A stretch of 63,439 bases of DNA, counting the filler. It is 6 parts of 6 records of this genome, joined end to end, with 100 filler letters (N's around TTAATTAATTAA, not from the genome) between each part and the next. Parts side by side here need not be neighbours in the genome. Positions count along the whole stretch, not along the records: positions 51,811 to 57,915 come from SRR31147125_9720; positions 58,016 to 63,439 come from SRR31147125_9783; 4 more parts are not named here. One strand, 5' to 3'. The stretch's first letter is position 1. Each line of letters opens with the position of its first letter. The notes under the pieces were generated by a model. The model was not told the origin of the DNA. It did no database searches and saw only the letters and a program-made list of their open reading frames with translations. This document shows positions 55,173 to 63,439 of the stretch, piece after piece. A program made the position numbers and the translations under genes.

Positions 55173-55844
55173 ATGTCATCACAAAGTCGAAGAAATTTTA
55201 TGAAAGTTGCTGGTGCGGCTGCTATTGTCGGAGGAGCTGCTAAAAACGTATACGCCATTGAGAGTGAAATTAAAATTGTCGGCGTGGCGTGCAGTCCGCG
55301 CCAGGGAAAAACGACGGCCACAGCCGTTCAGGCGGCGCTGGATGCCGCAAAAGGCGTCAATTCGAGAATAACTGTGGAGTTGATTGATCTTGGCGGAAAA
55401 AACATTGCTGGTTGGACGCCGCCGGTTCAGGGACAAACCGTTGAAGATGATTTTAATTTAATCCTTCCGTCTTTTAAATCGCCAAAATTAGGCGGCATCA
55501 TCATTGGCACGCCGGTGTATTTTCGTAACATGAGTTCGTTATGCGCCGCATTTTTGGAACGGCTTGGTGTGTTGCGAAAGCCGACACTGCTGTTGGCTAA
55601 TAAAGCAGTGGGCGTATTGTCAGTGGGTGCCTATAGAAACGGCGGCCAGGAATTGGCCATACAGCAGGTGCAAACGGCCATGCTCTGTCATGAGGCGATG
55701 ATTGTCGGTGGTAAACCCGGGGCATTTCAAGGCGCCACCCTGTGGAATGACGGAAGTGACGATATACAAAAGGATGAATTCGGCATAAAAAGCGCGCAGC
55801 AGCTCGGGACTAGAGTCGCCGAAGCTGCGCTCATGTTGAAGTAA
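55173..55844 (+). CDS. Tat-exported flavodoxin-fold (FMN reductase family) protein
   Basis: SRRNFMK twin-arginine signal; CSPRQGKTT, GTPVYF, RNGGQE. Confidence 0.85.
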   Translation: MSSQSRRNFMKVAGAAAIVGGAAKNVYAIESEIKIVGVACSPRQGKTTATAVQAALDAAKGVNSRITVELIDLGGKNIAGWTPPVQGQTVEDDFNLILPSFKSPKLGGIIIGTPVYFRNMSSLCAAFLERLGVLRKPTLLLANKAVGVLSVGAYRNGGQELAIQQVQTAMLCHEAMIVGGKPGAFQGATLWNDGSDDIQKDEFGIKSAQQLGTRVAEAALMLK

Positions 55845-55871
55845 GAAATCGGCAGAAAAGGAGTATTATAC

Positions 55872-56417
55872 ATGCAAAAAATCGGCTTTGTTGGCGGCGG
55901 GAGAATTGTGCGAATTTTCCTGCAATCGATACAAAATAAAAAGAGAACTGTAGAGCAAATAATTGTCAGCGATCCTGACAGCGAAGCTGTGAAAAAACTG
56001 ACTGCTGCTTTCCCCGAATTAAACGTCACGGTTGGCACGAATATGGACGCTGCGGCACAAGAATTTGTTTTTTTGGCGGTACATCCGCCGATACTGAAAT
56101 CGGTTTTGTCAGAAATCGCTGCAACCGTGCAGAACGCCAAAGCAGTCATTTCGTTGGCGCCGGTGTTCAATGCGGAAAGAATTTCATCCATGCTGACTGG
56201 TTACAACAAGATCGTGCGCATGATCCCCAATGCGGCGACAATTATGAACACTGGATACAATCCGGTGTGGTTCTCGGAATATATTGGTAAAACGGAAAAG
56301 AATCTTCTTATCAGGTTTTTCCAGATTTTGGCGAGTGCCCGGAGGTGGAAGAAGAGAAGCTGGAGGCTTATGCCATCATTACAGCTATGGGTCCGACCTA
56401 TTTATGGCCGCAATTGA
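55872..56417 (+). CDS. Pyrroline-5-carboxylate reductase-like oxidoreductase, N-terminal part
   Basis: IGFVGGG, FLAVHP, ISLAP, RMIPNA; frameshift near T4 at 56326-56329. Confidence 0.75.
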   Translation: MQKIGFVGGGRIVRIFLQSIQNKKRTVEQIIVSDPDSEAVKKLTAAFPELNVTVGTNMDAAAQEFVFLAVHPPILKSVLSEIAATVQNAKAVISLAPVFNAERISSMLTGYNKIVRMIPNAATIMNTGYNPVWFSEYIGKTEKNLLIRFFQILASARRWKKRSWRLMPSLQLWVRPIYGRN

Positions 56418-56647
56418 ACGAGCTGCACAGGTTAAGTATGGAGTTCGGCTTGACGGAACAAGAGACGCTTGCCGGAATGAAAGCAATGGCTACCAATACG
56501 ATTGAGCTTTTGTACGATTCGGACATGTCATATGATCAGGTCGTTGATCTGATTCCGGTGAAACCTTTGAATGAGTCTGAGCTGGACATGAGAAATATGT
56601 ATAACATGAAATTAACCACTCTTTACAAAAAACTCAAGGGAAACTGA
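56345..56647 (+). CDS. Pyrroline-5-carboxylate reductase-like oxidoreductase, C-terminal part
   Basis: Frame reads GECPEVEEEKLEAYAIITAMGPTY; dimerisation-domain-like. Confidence 0.7.
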   Translation: MEEEKLEAYAIITAMGPTYLWPQLNELHRLSMEFGLTEQETLAGMKAMATNTIELLYDSDMSYDQVVDLIPVKPLNESELDMRNMYNMKLTTLYKKLKGN

Positions 56648-56840
56648 TGTCAAAAACGGGCTGATCTCGGCGTTTTTTTTACATGGGCACTTTTGATAAA
56701 AAGTAATGTTAAATCGAATGGCAAAATTCCGACAAGGCATACATTGTCTCATTAGTTAAGAATGCTGCCTGAATTAGGCTAAACTTAAACAAGTCTAATG
56801 ATGATATTTTACGCAATTTGTATAAAATGAAGGAGCGACT

Positions 56841-57902
56841 ATGAGCCATATTTCAAAGCGTCTTTCTTTTTTAGACCGCTACCTAACACTTTGGATATTC
56901 CTCGCTATGTTTGTCGGCGTCTTGTCAGGATATCTGGTTCCGAAAATCGCCTTGTTTTGGAATCATTTTCAGGTTGGCACGACCAATATGCCTATTGCCA
57001 TCGGTTTAATTTTAATGATGTACCCTCCACTTGCGAAAGTAAAGTATGAGGAACTGGGTGATGTATTTCGTAATATTAAAATATTATCTTTATCCCTGGT
57101 ACAGAACTGGATTATCGGCCCGATTCTCATGTTCCTGCTAGCCGTGATTTTTTTACGCGACTATCCCGAGTATATGGCCGGATTAATCATGATTGGGTTG
57201 GCCCGATGTATTGCCATGGTCATTGTCTGGAATGATCTGGCCAAAGGAGATACAGAATATGCTGCCGGATTGGTTGCCTTTAATTCCATATTTCAGGTTC
57301 TGTTTTATTCGGTTTATGCCTACATTTTTTTAACGGTGTTGCCATCATGGCTTGGCTTGAGTTCGTTTGTCGTGGATATAACCATAGGTCAGATTGCAAA
57401 AAGTGTTTTTATTTATCTGGGAATTCCTTTTATCGCTGGTATGATCACGCGATTTGTTTTTCTGAAATTTAAAAGTAAAGAATGGTATGAGACAAAATTT
57501 ATCCCGAGAATCAGCCCGATAACATTGATCGCCCTGTTATTCACCATATTTGTCATGTTTTCACTCAAAGGTGAAATCATTGTAAAAATTCCCTTTGATG
57601 TTATCCGCATAGCAATCCCATTGATCATTTATTTTGTTTTTATGTTTTTTATTTCTTTTTATATGGGTAAACGTGTGGGTGCTGATTACGCTAAAACTAC
57701 AACACTATCCTTCACTGCGGCGTCCAACAATTTTGAATTGGCCATTGCCGTTGCTGTGGCTGTGTTTGGCATTAACTCCGGAGTCGCCTTTGCGGCTGTT
57801 ATTGGTCCCCTGGTAGAAGTACCTGTGTTAATAAGTCTGGTAAATGTGGCGCTGAAATTTAAGGAAAAATATTTTAAAGAATATCAAAGTGCAAATATAT
57901 AA
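56841..57902 (+). CDS. acr3: ACR3 family arsenite efflux transporter
   Basis: [45 protein letters not shown]. Confidence 0.95.
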   Translation: MSHISKRLSFLDRYLTLWIFLAMFVGVLSGYLVPKIALFWNHFQVGTTNMPIAIGLILMMYPPLAKVKYEELGDVFRNIKILSLSLVQNWIIGPILMFLLAVIFLRDYPEYMAGLIMIGLARCIAMVIVWNDLAKGDTEYAAGLVAFNSIFQVLFYSVYAYIFLTVLPSWLGLSSFVVDITIGQIAKSVFIYLGIPFIAGMITRFVFLKFKSKEWYETKFIPRISPITLIALLFTIFVMFSLKGEIIVKIPFDVIRIAIPLIIYFVFMFFISFYMGKRVGADYAKTTTLSFTAASNNFELAIAVAVAVFGINSGVAFAAVIGPLVEVPVLISLVNVALKFKEKYFKEYQSANI

Positions 57903-57915
57903 TTTTGACAGCGTC

Positions 57916-58015
57916 NNNNNNNNNNNNNNNNNNNNNNNNNNNNNNNNNNNNNNNNNNNNTTAATTAATTAANNNNNNNNNNNNNNNNNNNNNNNNNNNNN
58001 NNNNNNNNNNNNNNN
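57916..58015. other. Contig-join spacer
   Basis: N run with TTAATTAATTAA. Confidence 0.98.
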
Positions 58016-58203
58016 GAGACTGAATATATTGAACTTGTTAAGTTAATTAAACTCTATTCAAAAGGGATGTCGGGAGGTGAAATAAAGATTCTTATCGACC
58101 AGGGTGAAATTCAAAAAATGGTAATACTGAATTTCGAAAAAGAGCTAAAATTGTAAAAGGAGATATAATCACGTTCTTCGACAATGAAATAAAAATAATA
58201 TAA
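58016..58203 (+). CDS. S4-domain RNA-binding protein (YaaA/YbcJ-like), 5' truncated, frameshift at A6 58113-58118
   Basis: Hand translation EYIELVKLIK..SGGEIKILIDQGEIQK(N)GNTEFRKRAKIVKGDII. Confidence 0.75.
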
Positions 58204-58217
58204 TAACCAGATTACGA

Positions 58218-58622
58218 ATGATTAATAGTTTACTTACTTTTTTAAATGCTGCCATCCAGCATAATGAGACAAACTCATCTGCAATAGTTAATGAACCAGA
58301 TGGAAATATTATATTCATAATTGTAGGCGTTTTAATTTTAGTCGTTTTTTATTTCATTTTAAATAATTCAAAGAAAACGCAACGAACATCTTCTAATCGC
58401 AATAGAGAAGTTACAATTAATCTTTATAAACTTAGAAATAAAGGTGAATATAAAATCAATATAAAAAACACATCAAACAGTTTTATTGAAATATCAGCTC
58501 CTTTAATAATATTAAAAGGATTTTCTACCTCAAAAAAAGTGAGAGCTAAAAGTACAAATTACCCATTAACAATTAGTCCGGGGACAAATCACTCCTTTTC
58601 ATTTAGAAAAATCAATTATTAA
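58218..58622 (+). CDS. Hypothetical single-TM protein
   Basis: 134-aa ORF with one hydrophobic segment. Confidence 0.55.
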   Translation: MINSLLTFLNAAIQHNETNSSAIVNEPDGNIIFIIVGVLILVVFYFILNNSKKTQRTSSNRNREVTINLYKLRNKGEYKINIKNTSNSFIEISAPLIILKGFSTSKKVRAKSTNYPLTISPGTNHSFSFRKINY

Positions 58623-58722
58623 ATTCCAGGCAAAATATTTTGAACTGGAATTTAATCAGGGTAATAGTAAATACCAATTACAATAAGAATTATAAATCCA
58701 GGTATTGGATTCTCTAGAATTA

Positions 58723-58917
58723 TTATCTTCTCCTTGCTTTCTTAATTCTCTTATTCCTCTTTTTATAATTTACCTCTTTAAACTTCTTATTTTTTGGCAT
58801 TTCTGATAATTTAGGCATCATAAGATTTCTTCTTTCATGAGTTGCTTTACTCGAACCACATGAACTTAATATAAGTATGGATCCACAAATTAAGCCTATT
58901 ATAAAGACCTGTTTCAT
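58723..58917 (-). CDS. Small basic lipoprotein
   Basis: Lipobox LSSC, Lys/Arg-rich tail. Confidence 0.6.
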   Translation of the reverse strand: MKQVFIIGLICGSILILSSCGSSKATHERRNLMMPKLSEMPKNKKFKEVNYKKRNKRIKKARRR

Positions 58918-59197
58918 AATAAAATATTTAATAGTTAAATGACAAATCTTAAAACCAACTAATTTTTAGGCTAAACAGAGTTTTTTATTGATAAACGTTA
59001 GAAACGGTTCGGTGCTATTTTTATATTTTTGTACTTGTAATTATTTCTTAACAAGAGCGTTTAATTAATACGTAACATATATTTTCATGTTACGTTTTAA
59101 CATTAAGAATTCAATTTTTAACAAATAATTTTTGGCTTAATAATTGAAATAAAATAAAAAATTAGTAAATTAAAGTTTCACTTAAATAATCAGTACA

Positions 59198-59341
59198 ATG
59201 AGAAAAATTAATTCAGCATTAGACCAAAAAAGAGTTCAACTAGCCACAGATAAAAACAATTCAATCTTAGTAGAAGAGATAAATCACTCGGAACTTGAAA
59301 ATATTTGGAAAAAATTGAATAATATAAATCAAATTTTCTAG
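59198..59341 (+). CDS. Possible 47-aa small protein
   Basis: MRKINSALDQKRVQLATDKNNSILVEEINHSELENIWKKLNNINQIF*; stop-free in very AT-rich DNA. Confidence 0.35.
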   Translation: MRKINSALDQKRVQLATDKNNSILVEEINHSELENIWKKLNNINQIF

Positions 59342-59444
59342 CATTTTTTAGAACCCACTTCGTATATTTTCGTTATTTAGTAATATAACTTTTACTTTCC
59401 TCAAGAAATAATTTGATTAGAGGGGTTGTTTAATAATTTGGAAT

Positions 59445-60626
59445 ATGTTTTATCGAAAATCTGTATTATTATTTATAATATTTTTAAGTGGGTGTCTTTT
59501 ATCAAAAGGTCAAATTTTTAATGAAAATACTTATAAACTAAGTAAAGTTCTTGACTGGATCGACACCTATTATGTCGATTCAGTTAATCAAGATGAAATA
59601 ATCGAAAAAACAATCACATATATATTAAAGGAACTAGATCCGCATTCCACCTATATTTCAAAAGAAGAAGTACAAAGAATGAATGAACCTTTAGAGGGAG
59701 AATTCGAAGGAATTGGTATTTCTTTTAATATATTATACGACACACTTTATGTCATCTCACCAATTTCAGGAGGCCCATCTGAGAAAGTTGGAATTCAAGC
59801 TGGTGATAGAATTGTAAAAATAAACGGCGAAAATGTTGCCGGAATTGGACTTAAAAACTCTGATGTCTTCTCAAGATTAAGGGGTAAAAAAGGAACAAAA
59901 GTAGACGTTTCTGTACAAAGACGCGATTATGGAAAAACCTTAGATTTCACAATTACAAGAGATAAAATCCCAATTTTTAGCGTTGACGCTTCTTATATGA
60001 TTGATGATGAAACCGGGTATATAAAAATAAATAGGTTTGCATCTACAACACATGAAGAATTTAAAAAGGCAACCCAAAAATTAAAAGAGCAAAACGTAAA
60101 AAATTTAGTTCTCGATTTACAAGGAAACGGTGGTGGCTATCTTGATATGGCTGTAAAACTTGCTGACGAATTTTTGGAAGAAGATAAATTAATTGTTTAT
60201 ACGGATGGCATAAACAGTTCAAGAAGAGAATATAAATCAACATCTCAAGGAAATTTTGAAGATGGTAAAGTTGTTATCCTGGTCGACGAAGGTTCTGCAT
60301 CAGCAAGCGAAATTGTAGCAGGTGCTTTACAAGATTGGGATCGTGCAGTAATTATTGGCCGAAGATCATTTGGAAAAGGACTTGTACAAAGACAACTTAT
60401 GCTACCGGATGGTTCAATGCTAAGACTTACAATAGCAAGATACTATACCCCAACAGGTAGATTAATACAAAAACCATACAGTGAAGGTTATGATGCGTAT
60501 GTTAACGACCTTGCTGAAAGGGATTTAAATGGCGAGCTATTTAATCTTGAAAATGTTGAATTACCCGATTCTTTAAAATATTTTACCCTGGAGAAAAAAG
60601 AACAGTATATGGCGGCGGCGGTATAA
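59445..60626 (+). CDS. S41 C-terminal processing peptidase, main part
   Basis: LDPHS, PDZ (GIGI, GGPSEK), DLQGNGGG, SASASEIVAGALQD, FGKGLVQ, YYTPTGR. Confidence 0.92.
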   Translation: MFYRKSVLLFIIFLSGCLLSKGQIFNENTYKLSKVLDWIDTYYVDSVNQDEIIEKTITYILKELDPHSTYISKEEVQRMNEPLEGEFEGIGISFNILYDTLYVISPISGGPSEKVGIQAGDRIVKINGENVAGIGLKNSDVFSRLRGKKGTKVDVSVQRRDYGKTLDFTITRDKIPIFSVDASYMIDDETGYIKINRFASTTHEEFKKATQKLKEQNVKNLVLDLQGNGGGYLDMAVKLADEFLEEDKLIVYTDGINSSRREYKSTSQGNFEDGKVVILVDEGSASASEIVAGALQDWDRAVIIGRRSFGKGLVQRQLMLPDGSMLRLTIARYYTPTGRLIQKPYSEGYDAYVNDLAERDLNGELFNLENVELPDSLKYFTLEKKEQYMAAAV

Positions 60627-61039
60627 TGCCAAATATCTTTGTTCCTATTGATACATCCGATTACTCCGAATATTACAGAGACTTGATTCGTAGAGGCATC
60701 CTTTATAGATATGCCTTAGATTTTGTTGATAACAACAGAAATCAAATTTTATCTGAATATAAAACATTCGATAAGTTCAAAGAAAAATTCTTTATGGAAG
60801 ATTCTCAATACAAAGCTTTATATGAATTTGCCGTAAAAGAAGGAGTTGATATCGATAAAAAAGACATAGAAACGTCTAAAGAAAAAATCACATCATTATT
60901 TAAGGCTTATGTTGTAAGAGATATCTGGGACACAAGTAATTTCTTCGAAATTCTGAATGAAGACTCAGAAGCATATCAAAAAGCATTATTCGTTATCGAT
61001 AATTGGGATAAAACCTTAGCAGAACTAGATCAGGAATAG
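60626..61039 (+). CDS. S41 peptidase C-terminal part (frameshift at A6 60594-60599)
   Basis: One added A restores KKRTVYGGGGIMPNIFVP. Confidence 0.8.
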   Translation: MPNIFVPIDTSDYSEYYRDLIRRGILYRYALDFVDNNRNQILSEYKTFDKFKEKFFMEDSQYKALYEFAVKEGVDIDKKDIETSKEKITSLFKAYVVRDIWDTSNFFEILNEDSEAYQKALFVIDNWDKTLAELDQE

Positions 61040-61193
61040 GTATTAATAAGTGATCAATCAATATTTATAATTTTTGCGATAGTAACAAAAATTTTCCCTA
61101 TAATTGTATCGATTTCAAAAAGCAAATGTCATAGAGAACTAATGACTCATACATAGAAATATTCAATAATTAAATCATAATTTTTTATTTATA

Positions 61194-62408
61194 ATGTCTG
61201 AATCGTCAACAAAATTTGAGATTGTTGCTAAAACTTTTTTTGGCTTAGAAGATGTTTTAGCCAATGAGGTAGAAAGTTTGGGGGGAGAAGAAATTAAAAA
61301 AGAGACACGAGCCGTTATTTTTAAAGGTGATAAAAGGTTGTTATACAGTTCAAATTATAATTTAAGAACTGCTGTTAAGATTTTAAAACCTATTCACAAG
61401 TTTATAGCAAAAAACGAAGTTGAACTCTATAAACATGTTGACGAAATAGACTGGACTGAACTAATTTCTCGTGGAGATACGCTTACCGTAAGTACAGTGC
61501 TAAACTCAGCACACTTTGGTCATTCACAATTTATCTCTCAGAAAGTTAAAGATGCAATAGTTGATCAATTAAAAAAGAAGACCGGCAGGAGACCCTCTGT
61601 TGACACAAAAGATCCAACACTTAGAATCCATGTTCATATTAACGAAGAGAATTGTACATTATCTCTTGATAGTTCAGGTGAATCTTTGCATAAAAGAGGA
61701 TATAGATTAGATGGACATGTTGCACCAATAAATGAGATTTTAGCTGCTGGAATGATTCTTCTTTCCGGTTGGGATAAAAAATCGAATTTTTACGATTATA
61801 TGTGTGGTTCTGGCACAATATTAATAGAAGCAGCACTGATTGCCTATAATATTGCTCCTGGTATATTTAGAAGCGACTATGCTTTTGAAAAATGGAAAGA
61901 CTTTGACGAAGAAATTTTCCAGGATGTTTATGATGATTTAACCGAAAATAAATTTGATGGTGAAATAATTGGCAGCGACTATTCTGCAAAATCCTCAAGC
62001 TTAGCCAGGTTAAACGTTAAAAGAGCCTCTCTGGACAAGAAAATAAAGGTACATGTACAATCATTTTTCGATATTTTCCCTGAAAATAAAGGAACCTTAA
62101 TCATGAATCCTCCGTATGGAGAAAGAATTGGAGGAAATAGCCTAAACTCATTTTATAAAAGAATAGGCGATAAACTGAAAAAAGACTTTGAGGGATTTAA
62201 TGCATGGTTGATTAGCTCAAACATGGATGCATTAAAAAATATTGGTCTTCATACGTCTAAGAAGTTTACATTGTTTAACGGTAACCTTGAATGCAAATTC
62301 AATAAATACGAAATGTACAGAGGAACAAAAAAGAATAAATCGAAAAATGTTAATTACGCTAAAAATAACCGCAATAGGGCGAGTACAGTTAAAAACTATG
62401 AAAAATAA
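61194..62408 (+). CDS. THUMP-domain RNA methyltransferase (RlmL-like)
   Basis: FGLE, DSSGESLHKRGYR, MCGSGTILIEA, NPPYGER. Confidence 0.9.
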   Translation: MSESSTKFEIVAKTFFGLEDVLANEVESLGGEEIKKETRAVIFKGDKRLLYSSNYNLRTAVKILKPIHKFIAKNEVELYKHVDEIDWTELISRGDTLTVSTVLNSAHFGHSQFISQKVKDAIVDQLKKKTGRRPSVDTKDPTLRIHVHINEENCTLSLDSSGESLHKRGYRLDGHVAPINEILAAGMILLSGWDKKSNFYDYMCGSGTILIEAALIAYNIAPGIFRSDYAFEKWKDFDEEIFQDVYDDLTENKFDGEIIGSDYSAKSSSLARLNVKRASLDKKIKVHVQSFFDIFPENKGTLIMNPPYGERIGGNSLNSFYKRIGDKLKKDFEGFNAWLISSNMDALKNIGLHTSKKFTLFNGNLECKFNKYEMYRGTKKNKSKNVNYAKNNRNRASTVKNYEK

Positions 62409-62543
62409 TTTTTTTCTAGAGCAAAAACACTAATTTAGGATTAAGTAAAATTGCGTTGATTTAAAACAAAACAGAACATATGTCGCATTTTTGTATATTT
62501 TTGTTAATAATTAATAACGTAATCATTCGATAACAAGCCCCAT

Positions 62544-63098
62544 ATGAACTTTGATATTGAAACTTATTACAAAGATTTAACGGAGGCAAAAGATGTTTTG
62601 CTTGCTTTCAAAGGAAGTATTACGTCTGAATTCATTAACAAATCACTAGAGGTTGTAGAACAAAAACTCTTAAGTAACAAAGAGATTGTTAAGACCCGCA
62701 AAAAAGTATATAATGTTCTCGTTGAAAGCTTGCAGAATCTATATCACCATGTTGATGATTTACCTGATGAAATAAGAGACATCGTAGAGCCAAAATTTGG
62801 TGTAATAGTAATTTCGCATGACAATATTGGTTTTAGAATTAACACAGGTAACTTTATTTCTTCTAACAAAATCAAATATCTTAAAGATAAAATTGATAAG
62901 ATCAATTCCCTTTCAAAAGATGAGTTAAAGGATATGTACAAATTCATCTTGAATCACCAGAAGTTATCAGCCAAAGGTGGGGGGGGATTAGGATTAGTTG
63001 ACATTGCAAGAAAAACTAATAACAAAATAAGTTATAGTTTTTTTCCAGTAAGTGATGACTACTTCTTTTTTAATTTTGAAATCTATATTAATAATTAG
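62544..63098 (+). CDS. siaB: SiaB family protein kinase
   Basis: FKGSIT, VESLQNLYHH, GGGGLGLVDIARK; upstream TATTTTTG fits the Bacteroidota -7 element. Confidence 0.8.
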   Translation: MNFDIETYYKDLTEAKDVLLAFKGSITSEFINKSLEVVEQKLLSNKEIVKTRKKVYNVLVESLQNLYHHVDDLPDEIRDIVEPKFGVIVISHDNIGFRINTGNFISSNKIKYLKDKIDKINSLSKDELKDMYKFILNHQKLSAKGGGGLGLVDIARKTNNKISYSFFPVSDDYFFFNFEIYINN

Positions 63099-63117
63099 GC
63101 ATCTATAAGTTAAGTTT

Positions 63118-63439
63118 ATGGAACTTGAACCAATTAGAATAGAGGGAACTGCAAAAACTCCTACAATTACATTTAATGAGGCAAATGGAACTATTGATGT
63201 TAAAGGTAGGTCTATTCCTGAAAATTCAATTGAATTTTATAAACCACTGGTTGACTGGCTTGAGGATTATTCAAAAAGTCCGTTAGAAAAAACCACCGTT
63301 AATATTCAATTAGAATATTTTAACACAAGTTCTTCTAAGTGTATTCTTGATGTATTTAAAAAATTAGAATCAATACACAAGAATGGCAAGGAAGTTATTA
63401 TTAACTGGTACTACGAAGAAGATGATGAAGATATGCTTG
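63118..63439 (+). CDS. siaC: SiaC/DUF1987 family protein (3' beyond window)
   Basis: Hand translation EGTAKTP, GRSIPENSIEFY, LEYFNTSSSK, WYYEEDDEDM. Confidence 0.88.
   Translation, partial: MELEPIRIEGTAKTPTITFNEANGTIDVKGRSIPENSIEFYKPLVDWLEDYSKSPLEKTTVNIQLEYFNTSSSKCILDVFKKLESIHKNGKEVIINWYYEEDDEDML

Noticed and set aside
8265-58015. Repeated TTAATTAATTAA motif
   Set aside because: Always embedded in N runs; an artificial six-frame stop linker.
24279-58203. rqcH and the S4/RqcP-like gene as one system
   Set aside because: On different contigs from different organisms.

Overview
The window joins six unrelated contigs with 100-nt N spacers containing TTAATTAATTAA. (1) 1-8264: Bacteroidota polysaccharide-utilisation locus (SusC, SusD, GH2 beta-galactosidase). 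(2) 8365-16361: deltaproteobacterial-type PEP-CTERM/exopolysaccharide locus (prsK fragment, beta-CASP nuclease, epsI, exosortase, wecB, acetyltransferase, two SGNH-like proteins). (3) 16462-23602: AT-rich Firmicutes contig (sortase B fragment, two-component pair, large Ig-repeat surface protein). (4) 23703-51710: GC-rich clostridial contig with rqcH, mrnC, the dcw cluster, a vanG-vanT D-Ala-D-Ser pair, an unusual pseudo-kinase/regulator/kinase trio and an M56-S8 fusion. (5) 51811-57915: radical SAM gene plus an arsenic-resistance operon. (6) 58016-63439: Bacteroidota housekeeping genes and siaB/siaC. Best candidate for an undescribed system: a GxxExxY (PD-(D/E)xK-type) gene enclosed by perfect 20-bp inverted repeats and inserted between exosortase and epsI (11550-12009), with an inverted internal-deletion derivative at 10729-10830 and further degenerate repeats at 9144-9322. 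This resembles a small mobile element with no recognised transposase. Six genes are split by single-base losses in homopolymers, most likely sequencing errors. Taxonomic and family calls come from motif recognition only; no searches were run.
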